Virus record (IMG/VR): IMGVR_UViG_3300020188_000808
Location: 203,784-267,783 of that record
Reading direction: 5' to 3' (one strand)
Length of the DNA: 64,000 bases
Shown: positions 46,601-53,638 of the stretch, piece by piece
Position numbering within the stretch: the first letter of the stretch is position 1
How the letters are laid out: each line of letters starts with the position of its first letter
The notes under the pieces: model-generated
Seen by the model: only the letters and a program-made list of their open reading frames with translations
What the model was told of the DNA's origin: nothing
Databases searched by the model: none
Position numbers and translations under genes: made by a program

Positions 46601-47180
46601 TATTTCCATTTGCAAAACTAGAAATTGTAAAACTATACGCTGATGCATCAATTGGTTCGTCACGTACTCTAATTTGTCCTTCACCACCTGGTGAACCTGT
46701 TGAACGCAAGTAACGTCCGTCAGCATAACCTTTGTTAATAAGTAAATCGTCAACTCCAAAGTTAGTACCGTGTGTTGAGTTTAGTGCATTAACTGCACTT
46801 TGTGAAACTGGTGCGTTTGCAATAGCTTGGTTAGCCGCATTAAGTGGACCACCTAAACTTGGAGTGCCGTCTGTACTAATTACACTTGATACATTACTAA
46901 TTACAATTTGATTTGGACTTGTTGAGTTGATACTCATACCAGTCCCGCCAACTAGTGTTTTAAAGTCTACTGCTGTACCTTCTGCGTTAGCTTGTGGAAC
47001 TGTGTATGCAGTTAGTGTATCTGGAACATCACTTAAACTTGTAAAACTAATTTGACCGCCAATGCCAAAAACAGCATACAGTTCAGTAAAGTTTTCATTG
47101 GCTTTTCTAAAGGCTTCTCTAATACTATCACCAGTATTGTCGTTGCCCTCTGTTCCAATATTAATATTTAATTTTGACAT
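40695..47180 (-). CDS. 2161-aa virion fibre/spike protein with C-terminal auto-cleaving chaperone (peptidase G2-like)
   Basis: gp9/gp10-type N-terminus, CxRD repeats, beta-helix GDEFRRV.I.P, C-terminus Y|ADLAENY...GVVSEKPG...ALQGRVPV...IGKAL. Confidence 0.8.
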   Translation of the reverse strand: MSKLNINIGTEGNDNTGDSIREAFRKANENFTELYAVFGIGGQISFTSLSDVPDTLTAYTVPQANAEGTAVDFKTLVGGTGMSINSTSPNQIVISNVSSVISTDGTPSLGGPLNAANQAIANAPVSQSAVNALNSTHGTNFGVDDLLINKGYADGRYLRSTGSPGGEGQIRVRDEPIDASAYSFTISSFANGNIVVSAGHGFSTTANGISYRYNSTGADATGLVSGTVYYLRYVSATQLSVHTSIAEAQNEDELTRVKIAIPSGSGTGTQTMQDSEYDPALTGNWISTEALPRKSITRREGDTMTGALYLHDHPGSQAGAGTPGGITDLQAVTKYYVDNSAYPSKTNLYVSTKGDDTMANVPVGQEGRSWNYSYASVAAAAAKAEEIIITSPVNLGPYQQRITYGNGLTNSTVASSGVTSSSGYEEVKILTDANKQFIIDETIAYLADQFPNLLYDETLCRRDLGFIAEGIVLDILDGTFANYHSRNAGLRYYSSASGQIARRTQYTETIASLNFAKALHAKVITNTVETNLYQNVSTQVTIPAQVVDLVGQTAVAAKWDIVKTIVTGPTIASAPQTVEGSTWTVTITNGGQGYVDQNIISNQDLVPGKLMSFRTSGAVGRIVSTTRGPAVDTIEIELLEPITPVVGEEIDYGNKFSTKDISIHVESGTYLEQFPIKIPAGVSIKGDEFRRVNIKPAPGTSTSIWANTYFYREPEFDGLALKPEYNPNAIELLTANKEFLKDEVVAWIEAQIVIGTGIWAGFTYDKQKCERDAGIIIDGLIYDIRWSGNEKTHLNASRYYDGVVSLVNGQEAQTTAAMAQLKAIIQTYIFANATYTSLQNPIRTTQTIDSTAAEAAASTQVGTLLDMVGNVITNGLAVLPALDSPSYGYHYLTDYTNASSTPKENKDMDVFLMNDATIVRNMSVQGHGGFMCVLDPEGVVLTKSPYIQTGTSFSQSINKQAFRGGMFIDGFVGNLRTVVNSKTDNFTLNVQSAAGEGLRIKRPQVPSPFYINGKRFQVNAITSYDQAAGTATLILDPTSNSGTGFDQPMPTNIVLQTAGNRSMLANDFTQVNDLGYGTVAVNTGLSELVSQFTYYCQAAYYAGSGSEIRSLNGSNAYGEYGLVSTGSDPNEIPDIITTGNNFTTPFKIFDDGADFDHAEDQLFIYAYEFATPPRTNSEIEIDHGGVLGTTRYEITTVEAITQPVSPPTGVINSTVYKLNMATTGANQTSTTGLKAVLTNGQIGTIRIGQTLELSGVDVATTRPSSALIFDQEPNTIYRVISFNTTNALGNALPAGTQQVRLDSTYEYIKLVVDETNSQLSTYAGTGTTMGATAGDNVIAVVSIFSQKQLDQLNAGDMIFTWNGKTHTVTGYTQRTGYGTIAIQDLAGSDINSPASAAGIVSSVYNATNTVTLRVGLISGEGGNITVNISTTRATGHDFLNIGTGGFNTSNYPNVVLGQPTQPKQTARQVDERDKGRVFYVSTDEDGFFRVGKFFTVDQGTGTVTFSASIALSNLDGIGFKRGVVVAEFSADDGMTDNATDTVPVESAVRGYVARRLGWDHGGNPYANIIGPGALARDGTTSLTANINAGGFTFTNLADPSSDQEAATKSYVDGLIDSGDTIPELIDMKTNGLAGNQLIGSTGKFRIYTQPATGGNFVAGDTITGNGSSATGTIVEITNVTRNGEAENLITYTAVTGTILNSDIVSTAGGVSAQVKTGPIDEFANLVELASSDVNIVVARSGTGATVDLRLRPDSIINADVNASAGIQQSKLALETASTRANATGITQNDLGVASFDSDIFTADSGWITIDNGALDYRKIINIADGTVIGRAAGDSSNGDVSEVPFATIVSEGGGVQENVSTTGAINSLVKTDGVGVASVQGLKVDNYLILDTSGNEIQLSTPGGALFMTSAGSVTPTIEIPGSVNIGATGVTQGSFQTNSALAGESRLAVDWIHSSFIEAPGELDANSTGIGIGANTGYSAAGQIALISDGAVVVKTTSTGFEPGLHDTYNIGTSSNRYNTVYATVIDGTSTQSRYADLAENYLADQDYAVGTVLIFGGEQELTSTKLKDDTRVAGVVSEKPGYLMNSGLEGEHVTAIALQGRVPVNVVGIVRKGDMLVSASIPGYAIASSNPSVGTVIGKALQAKDDPGHGTVEAVVGRV

Positions 47181-47190
47181 GTATTATTCC

Positions 47191-47514
47191 CTAAAATCCT
47201 ATTGATTCACCACAACCACAACTTGAAGTACTTGCTGGATTCTCTACTGCAAAGTATGATCCAAACATTTCTTTCTTGTAGTCTATTGTACTACCTAGTA
47301 AAAACATCACGCTTGATGGATCTACTATAAATTTTCCATTGTTAAATTCAACTACTTCGTCATCTGCGTTCACTTCGTCTTCCATAGTCCAATCGTATTT
47401 AAATCCTGCACAACCGCCACCTTTTAACGAAAGCCGTACAGCTGGCTTTTGATGTTGTTCAACCATGTTTTGCATTTGTTCTTTGGCTGATTCTGTTAGT
47501 GTTACTATTGACAT
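47191..47514 (-). CDS. iscA: A-type Fe-S cluster carrier (IscA/HesB family)
   Basis: GGGCAG, NP....CGCGES; late promoter at 47536-47543. Confidence 0.9.
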   Translation of the reverse strand: MSIVTLTESAKEQMQNMVEQHQKPAVRLSLKGGGCAGFKYDWTMEDEVNADDEVVEFNNGKFIVDPSSVMFLLGSTIDYKKEMFGSYFAVENPASTSSCGCGESIGF

Positions 47515-47582
47515 TGCTGTGTTTCCTATTACTATTATTTATCAGTTAATCTATAATCCGAATGTGAATAAATACTGTTACT

Positions 47583-47867
47583 ATGTTTTTAAGAACTGAA
47601 AAGAAAATTCAATACTATATGCGTAAAGGTAAACGCGGACATCACCCATATCAGCGTAAAAAAACGCTAGTGTTCTTTGAGTGTGATAATTGTCACGAAG
47701 AATTTACCCGTGATAAAGGACAAGTAGACCCTAAACGGTTAACAAATGATTATTCACATGTTTGTGAAAAATGTGATCCTAAAAGATTTGCTCAAAAAGC
47801 TGGTGTACTACAACGTAAGAAGCTTAATGTTAGGGTAGATACTATGACTGATATTAGCAAATTGTAA
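47583..47867 (+). CDS. Small basic Zn-ribbon protein
   Basis: CDNC...HVCEKC; AATAAATA at 47567-47574. Confidence 0.7.
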   Translation: MFLRTEKKIQYYMRKGKRGHHPYQRKKTLVFFECDNCHEEFTRDKGQVDPKRLTNDYSHVCEKCDPKRFAQKAGVLQRKKLNVRVDTMTDISKL

Positions 47868-47890
47868 TACCAGTCACAGTACTAAAGTAA

Positions 47891-48064
47891 TTACTCTGAT
47901 TTATACAATGTCCAAGCACCATATGCGATTGCCGCATAAGCCGCTAGTTTTGCAAGAGGTCCTGCAATTAGTACAATCACGCCAACGCCAATAAGCATTG
48001 CGCCATCCCAAGATGTGCGTTCTTCAAAACGTTCACCTACCCAATTTTTAATAGTATCGATCAT
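47891..48064 (-). CDS. 57-aa 2-TM protein, holin-like (not in the ORF track)
   Basis: MIDTIKNWVGERFEERTSWDGAMLIGVGVIVLIAGPLAKLAAYAAIAYGAWTLYKSE; AAGGAG SD; CGTAAATA at 48093-48100. Confidence 0.75.
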   Translation of the reverse strand: MIDTIKNWVGERFEERTSWDGAMLIGVGVIVLIAGPLAKLAAYAAIAYGAWTLYKSE

Positions 48065-48095
48065 TATAATCTCCTTAAAAGTTAATGTGTAGTAT

Positions 48096-49124
48096 TTACG
48101 CTTTATATTGTTCGTATAGCTTAATGCTGGCTAAGTTCTTCATCTTGCTTTCGCACATAATATCTGCATAAGGCAAAAACGATAGTGCGTATTCATTTAC
48201 TAGAGGATTAGGATAGAAGTCACTGTGTGCTCTAAGTTTGCCTTTTTTGTGTCCTGCTTCTAATAGTGTAGGAAAGTCAGGCATTGTGTCGTGTGCAAAG
48301 CCTTCGGGCAATGCTTCGTCTCTGCTATATGAATAATGTATTACAGGACGTACACCACGCCAACTATCAATTATGCGAGCAAATCTATCGTCGGTGGGGT
48401 ATATGTATTCACCTTCGCGGCACCACGTATGGTGTATGTCAAGAACGAGGGCACAGGTATCAACAAGTTCGAGACTGTGTTCGACACCCCATTTGTTTTC
48501 GTCGTTTTCAATCGTGATGCAGTTTCTCGCTTCTTGAGATAATCTTGTGTTAACTGCGTGTTTGATACCGGCTGGACCCTGCCTGCCTGATATATGGACG
48601 TTGCATTTAAAGTCTTGGAATGTGCGTCCATAGCCCATCCAGCGGATGACATCGGTGTGATATTCAAATTCTTCTACGCTCCTATTTACTATATCAGGGT
48701 TGTCAGATGCCAAAACACAAAACTGGCCAGGATGCATAGACAACCGTACATCCAATTGCCTTGCCACCTCGCCGACCCTTGCAAAATGCTGTTCGCAATA
48801 TGCGACCACATCAGGTAGTTTCCAATAATAGCACCAAGTAGGCTCAGTGTATACAGGAAGTACGTCACTGCCAAGCCTAACCATTCGTAATTCATCGGGT
48901 AATCCTCCTACATATCTAATCAAGTTTTCGTATGACTTGATGTTGTGAACCATGATGTCCCACAAACGTTCTTCTGCAACATCCTTTGTTTGTCTATTTA
49001 ACCATTGAACTGTGGTGCTTCGTGTGTTCAATGGTCGTTGAATTTCTTCTAGTAACTTTTTCTTTTGTGTTTGATCTGGGTGCATGTACTTACATGCGAA
49101 GCCTATACGTTTATGAGAGTTCAT
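48096..49124 (-). CDS. uvsE: UV damage endonuclease
   Basis: RIGFAC, RLSMHPGQF, ENDE, LDIHH, RAHSD, MCESK.KN. Confidence 0.93.
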   Translation of the reverse strand: MNSHKRIGFACKYMHPDQTQKKKLLEEIQRPLNTRSTTVQWLNRQTKDVAEERLWDIMVHNIKSYENLIRYVGGLPDELRMVRLGSDVLPVYTEPTWCYYWKLPDVVAYCEQHFARVGEVARQLDVRLSMHPGQFCVLASDNPDIVNRSVEEFEYHTDVIRWMGYGRTFQDFKCNVHISGRQGPAGIKHAVNTRLSQEARNCITIENDENKWGVEHSLELVDTCALVLDIHHTWCREGEYIYPTDDRFARIIDSWRGVRPVIHYSYSRDEALPEGFAHDTMPDFPTLLEAGHKKGKLRAHSDFYPNPLVNEYALSFLPYADIMCESKMKNLASIKLYEQYKA

Positions 49125-49821
49125 CTTTTAATAGTGTCCAAGTTTCATTATAATCATTTACATTATAGCAGAAACCTAGGTCATTGTCAATGATTACTTT
49201 CTTCAAAGGATAATCATTCCCTTCAGGGTGCATAGCATCACCAAAAAAGTGTATAGTATCACTAGGACTAAAATCTTTTATAATTTGACTTTTATCAAAT
49301 CCTTTAGCAAATATGTCAATACCTGTTTCACCACCTACTACTGCTTGTAGATTTGGAAAAACTTTATTAAACTCTTTAGCTAATTTGTTGCGTTCGTTGT
49401 GTTTCTTATCGTATTCTACATAAACTTTACGTTCTAACGAATCAGCATTACGTCCTACTACACTAAAGTTTATCATACCAGGTCGTTCTTCAAAGTGTAA
49501 TCCTGTTCTTAATACAAAACGACTTTCATCTAATTTAATTTTTAACCATTTACGAGCATCATCTGGTAGTGTCCAATCAGTAGTATATACATTTTTACCT
49601 TGTTCCCATACATCACAACCTGAACAGTTGTATACACGTTTTGCTAGATTATAAGTTGCTTCGCTTATTTGTTCTATAGTTTTAGATTTATCACTGCCTG
49701 TAACAAGATATACATCATTAGTTAAACAAAATGTATTAAAGAACATTTTAAATTCTAAATCAATTAGACTACGACTTGGTGTTAGTGTTCCGTCTACATC
49801 AAATATAAATTTATTACTCAT
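49111..49821 (-). CDS. HAD IIB phosphomannomutase-like protein
   Basis: Start MSNKFIFDVDGTLTPSR at 49821; TGSD, GG..GIDI...G.DK, FFGD...GNDY. Confidence 0.85.
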   Translation of the reverse strand: MSNKFIFDVDGTLTPSRSLIDLEFKMFFNTFCLTNDVYLVTGSDKSKTIEQISEATYNLAKRVYNCSGCDVWEQGKNVYTTDWTLPDDARKWLKIKLDESRFVLRTGLHFEERPGMINFSVVGRNADSLERKVYVEYDKKHNERNKLAKEFNKVFPNLQAVVGGETGIDIFAKGFDKSQIIKDFSPSDTIHFFGDAMHPEGNDYPLKKVIIDNDLGFCYNVNDYNETWTLLKDELS

Positions 49822-49988
49822 AACCCAATTAATCCCCATCCGTGATTTGCTATTGCATTAGTGATAATAGCAAGACAAGTAATAATGTGCAAAATAACCC
49901 ACATACTACGAAGAACGGCAACCTTGTCTGCTTTTTTATTTTCGTCATATGCTTTTTGCCCTATCGCTTTACACCAATATTCCCACAC
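49818..49988 (-). CDS. Small single-TM protein
   Basis: Probable GTG start at 49988: MWEYWCKAIGQKA...ADKVAVLR followed by a TM segment. Confidence 0.55.
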   Translation of the reverse strand: MWEYWCKAIGQKAYDENKKADKVAVLRSMWVILHIITCLAIITNAIANHGWGLIGL

Positions 49989-49990
49989 AA

Positions 49991-50692
49991 TTATTTCCAA
50001 TGCTCTTTGCACCAAGGATCAATGCAGTCTTTTGGATTAGGATCTCCGTGAAATACAGCAATACTTGTTTCAGGTTTAATGATTGGATCACCTGGGCTAA
50101 CAAAGTTTCGTTTGCCGTTGTATCTATTCATTTCAGGTCGTCCACGCATTTCCCACTTGTAACTTTGAATCCATTCATCTGGCCAAAAATTAAATTGTGA
50201 TTTTACATTAGCATATAACCAATCTTGATCTCCATGGTACTTACGTGCATTTTGTTTTGGATCTTTCATAAACTCGTGATATACGTTTGCATGTTGTCCT
50301 GTTTCTAATCTAAAACAACTTGAATTCATTCTTTCCCATTGACTTTGTACGCTACGATTAAAATCACGTATTACACAAAACTCTCCTGGCTTGTAAGTAA
50401 ACAACTTATCAATGTTACCAAATACAATAACATCAAGATCTAAAAATAATACAGTACCGTAACACCCAAAGTCTGGATTAAAGAACATTGTCTTATACCA
50501 CCAACCATTGATGTCGCTGTTTAACTGCAAAGGTTTAACTTGTATGCCCATGTCAAGTCCTGTTGGATCTTCTGTAAAGCAAACAAAGTTATGTGGTACA
50601 GTAAGGTTACGGGTTACCATTCTATAAAGAACATTAACATATTCTGCTGAATACTTTTTACCGTGCTTTAGGCATACTACATGATTGGGCAA
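49991..50692 (-). CDS. GT-A fold glycosyltransferase (GT8-like)
   Basis: FLDLDV DxD motif, NSS, GDQDW, FHGDPNP. Confidence 0.8.
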   Translation of the reverse strand: MPNHVVCLKHGKKYSAEYVNVLYRMVTRNLTVPHNFVCFTEDPTGLDMGIQVKPLQLNSDINGWWYKTMFFNPDFGCYGTVLFLDLDVIVFGNIDKLFTYKPGEFCVIRDFNRSVQSQWERMNSSCFRLETGQHANVYHEFMKDPKQNARKYHGDQDWLYANVKSQFNFWPDEWIQSYKWEMRGRPEMNRYNGKRNFVSPGDPIIKPETSIAVFHGDPNPKDCIDPWCKEHWK

Positions 50693-50704
50693 TTTAACTT
50701 CCTT

Positions 50705-51256
50705 CTAAATTGACGAATTAACTGGACCATAATTTTTAGTAGTCATTGCTTTTAAAGGATTGGCTCCTAGACTTAGTGTAACTCTTGGACCTAGTATTAA
50801 AGGTTTATGATTTGTAAGTCTTGGTAAAAGCAAAGCATCACCAGTTCTACAATGATAAATTTCTTTGTTCATTGTGTCTGCATCTGTTACAAGATATGCA
50901 GTTTCACCGTATCCTTGTATAAGCAAAACAGTTTCATAATCATTGTGTAAGAATAAACTGTTATGTCCGTCACTTAATGAATAAAATAAACTAGCATTAA
51001 AATGCCCTTCAGTTTCGTGTCTTTCATAATGCTTTTGAAACTCTAACAAATATTTTTGTATACGCTTGTCTGATCCTATGTCAGAAATATGTGTACTGCC
51101 TTTTACAAATTCATCTACATTTGATACTGTAGATTTATATTGATTTATTTCTACTAGTGTTGTAAAATTAATATCGTCTAGTGCATCTGGAAATGCATTT
51201 TTGTAATGTGCTACCTTAAGATTTTTACGATCTTCGTTTATTTGGTCCCAAATCAT
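50705..51256 (-). CDS. JmjC/cupin-like 2OG oxygenase
   Basis: HND..VLLIQGYG...GDALLLPR...H...PRVTLS. Confidence 0.7.
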   Translation of the reverse strand: MIWDQINEDRKNLKVAHYKNAFPDALDDINFTTLVEINQYKSTVSNVDEFVKGSTHISDIGSDKRIQKYLLEFQKHYERHETEGHFNASLFYSLSDGHNSLFLHNDYETVLLIQGYGETAYLVTDADTMNKEIYHCRTGDALLLPRLTNHKPLILGPRVTLSLGANPLKAMTTKNYGPVNSSI

Positions 51257-51264
51257 TTTAATTC

Positions 51265-51714
51265 CTATCCTTCATAGATCGCTGAGTTTGCTCCGTGTTC
51301 GGCACATTCTACCTTTACACAATAACAACGACCGTCTGTTGCTTCACGAATCAGTTTGTCAGCAAAGTAAAATGCGTGTTCTGCAAACTTCTCTGCACCT
51401 ACACCGCCAAACTCTCTTACTTCACACAAGCCTTTGTCTTGTAGATCATAAAAGTCTTGTTTGTGCGGATCGTTAAAGTCTACACAAGTCTTATGATCAA
51501 AACTATCTTCTAACCAAGCCTTCAAAGGCTTTAGTCCGCCAAAGTCGACTGCCCAGTTTTTATTGTCTAGATGATCACATCCAAATGTAAATGTAAATGC
51601 TAGACTGTAACCGTGTAGCAAATGGCAATGTGAATGATCTGCGTTAGGTTGTCTAAAGACTGCCGAAAGACCAATGTTGTGTCCGTAATGTTTTGTACTA
51701 TAATGTTTTCCCAT
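51265..51714 (-). CDS. queD: 6-carboxytetrahydropterin / 6-pyruvoyltetrahydropterin synthase
   Basis: CHLLHGYS, VDFG.LK, FDHK, E.GANSA.Y. Confidence 0.88.
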   Translation of the reverse strand: MGKHYSTKHYGHNIGLSAVFRQPNADHSHCHLLHGYSLAFTFTFGCDHLDNKNWAVDFGGLKPLKAWLEDSFDHKTCVDFNDPHKQDFYDLQDKGLCEVREFGGVGAEKFAEHAFYFADKLIREATDGRCYCVKVECAEHGANSAIYEG

Positions 51715-51793
51715 AATATTCTCCTACTATAATGTTTTTTTTATGGGCGGCAGAGTTAGAAGGGTTGACGCCAAGTCCTTTATTCATGTATAT

Positions 51794-51822
51794 ATTATAT
51801 ATGAGTTTTGTTTACTTGTCAA
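51794..51822 (-). promoter_or_regulatory. sigma70-type promoter of queD
   Basis: TTGACA-17-TATAAT. Confidence 0.85.
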
Positions 51823-52423
51823 GTGTTTTGTGGTGTGTATTAAAACTCATTGTTATCCGTTTTTCAGTTGGATTTGGTTTTGTATAATGATACAACCAAC
51901 TTGGAAATAATATTAAGAATCCTGTCCTAACATCAAATTCCATTTCGTCTGCTGTGTATTCTGTTGCTTTAGCATGTATTTCAGACATCTTAGGACCAAG
52001 TATTGGACTTTTAAATATTAATGGAGAACTGTTTGGTTCAACAAATGGATAATATGCTCCACTGACAATACTTAGTTCGTGTCTGTGTAAATCTACACGA
52101 CCGTCAAGTTGTTGTGCATTTAACCAACTTTTTGATATTTCGGTATATTCTAAGCCTGCATGAAAACAATATTCATTGATACACATTTGTATATCGTCTT
52201 TAATTTTAAATCTGTCAAGCACGTTCATTTCTAATTGACTAGTAGTTTTTCCTTTACCAATCTCTTCAGGCCAATCGGTAACATTATTAGATTCAACGTA
52301 GTCTAATATTTCTTTATTGCTTGGATGGTCGTTTAAGTTATAAACTTGTACTAGTGTAGGAAAGATTGGATAGTCTGCTTTCCTAAACGGTCCATCAACT
52401 ATCTGTGCTTTCATGTGGGTCAA
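51812..52423 (-). CDS. 2OG-Fe(II) oxygenase
   Basis: HRH..SIVSGAYYP...FPSWLYH...KRITMSFN. Confidence 0.85.
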   Translation of the reverse strand: MTHMKAQIVDGPFRKADYPIFPTLVQVYNLNDHPSNKEILDYVESNNVTDWPEEIGKGKTTSQLEMNVLDRFKIKDDIQMCINEYCFHAGLEYTEISKSWLNAQQLDGRVDLHRHELSIVSGAYYPFVEPNSSPLIFKSPILGPKMSEIHAKATEYTADEMEFDVRTGFLILFPSWLYHYTKPNPTEKRITMSFNTHHKTLDK

Positions 52424-53042
52424 TCCTATAATCTCTTATTTTTGCATACGCGGCTCTGTCACTGTGTCGAATAGTATTAAAACTAACTGTGTATCGTTTT
52501 TCTGTTGTGTTTGACGGCACATGATGTCGCATCCAGCTTGGAAATAAACATAGCAATCCTGTTTTAGGATAACATTCTAATTCATATCTATTGTAGTCTG
52601 TTAGTCCTAGTGCTGAATAGTTCATAAAGTTTACTTGATTAGGGTTTTCAAAAACCAAAGGCGCACTACCTCCATCTACATAAGGATAGTATGCTCCGCT
52701 GACAATACTTCTTTCATGTCGATGTGCATCTACTTGTCCGTTCTGATATAACGAGTTAAACCAACTAGTTGATATTAGAGTGTAATCAACACCAAGATGT
52801 TGTGTATAAATGTCAACACATTCTTGTATAGTTTTCCAAAGGTTAGTTAGTCTTTTATCATTAAGGAACTGTTCATCTCCTGTGATGTAACTACTCTGTC
52901 CTTCGTGTACTAGTTTATGGTCACCAAATTTTGTATACGTGTTAATCATTTCCATTACAGTATTTTCATCAGGATGTCCTTCGATGTCAAATGTTGTAAC
53001 TAAACTTGGAAACGCATTATGGTGTGCAGGCTCTAACTTCAT
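52395..53042 (-). CDS. 2OG-Fe(II) oxygenase, paralogue of the adjacent gene
   Basis: HRH..SIVSGAYYP...FPSWMRH...KRYTVSFN. Confidence 0.85.
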   Translation of the reverse strand: MKLEPAHHNAFPSLVTTFDIEGHPDENTVMEMINTYTKFGDHKLVHEGQSSYITGDEQFLNDKRLTNLWKTIQECVDIYTQHLGVDYTLISTSWFNSLYQNGQVDAHRHERSIVSGAYYPYVDGGSAPLVFENPNQVNFMNYSALGLTDYNRYELECYPKTGLLCLFPSWMRHHVPSNTTEKRYTVSFNTIRHSDRAAYAKIRDYRIDPHESTDS

Positions 53043-53593
53043 TTAAGTTCCTCTAAATCTAAATTCTTTATGTTACTATACTTATCTGGCCATTTTTTTG
53101 TAGAGTAATAATTGAATGTAATATCAGGAAAGTGTTCAAATACTTTGTTTATTTGGTATATCCAATAACTTGGGTCAACTGGTCTAGCAGTTGATTTGCT
53201 GTAGTTTTTAGTATCCTTGTAAATATTTCCATGGTACAAATCAAACCCTACTAGGTTAACTGGTTCTCTCCATTCATATGCTAATCTTGCTCCAATTAGC
53301 ACAGCAAAAGGACCACTGCCCCAATGCCAAGGATCATCTGGTCTTGCTGTACCTCTGTAAGGTAAGTCAGGTAAACACTCAACTCCTTTGAAATCTTTAA
53401 ACCAGTCTTTACGAGTATATAAACTGCCCTTAAATGTGTTTGCTTCTAGTACTTCTTTAACCATTCGCTTGTCGCAACAGACTAGATGATCTACTGTATA
53501 ATCTCTATACAGGGCATTACATCCTACTTTAGTATCTCTAATCAGATCTAAATCAATGTTATATCTAGTTTCACCGTTGCCAATTACAAGCAT
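53039..53593 (-). CDS. CstII/Maf-like (GT42/DUF115-fold) putative CMP-sugar transferase
   Basis: Start MLVIGNGETR at 53593; GCNALY, SG..A...A, LVGFDLY parallel CstII IAGNGPS / RCNQFY / TSG / LSGIDFY. Confidence 0.55.
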   Translation of the reverse strand: MLVIGNGETRYNIDLDLIRDTKVGCNALYRDYTVDHLVCCDKRMVKEVLEANTFKGSLYTRKDWFKDFKGVECLPDLPYRGTARPDDPWHWGSGPFAVLIGARLAYEWREPVNLVGFDLYHGNIYKDTKNYSKSTARPVDPSYWIYQINKVFEHFPDITFNYYSTKKWPDKYSNIKNLDLEELK

Positions 53594-53598
53594 AACAT

Positions 53599-53611
53599 TA
53601 TTTAATAAATA
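53599..53611. promoter_or_regulatory. Overlapping divergent late promoters
   Basis: ATTAAATA on minus (53599-53606) and AATAAATA on plus (53604-53611). Confidence 0.6.
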
Positions 53612-53638
53612 CAATATACAAAAGGAACAAATACGAAC

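Noticed and set aside
37207-47180. Diversity-generating retroelement or invertible fibre tips
   Set aside because: No reverse transcriptase or invertase seen, and no template/variable repeat pair with adenine-specific differences was noticed by eye.
51715-51787. Calling the queD leader a canonical preQ1-I riboswitch
   Set aside because: The loop lacks the usual UUC start and the A-rich tail is not adjacent to the stem; kept only as a variant candidate.
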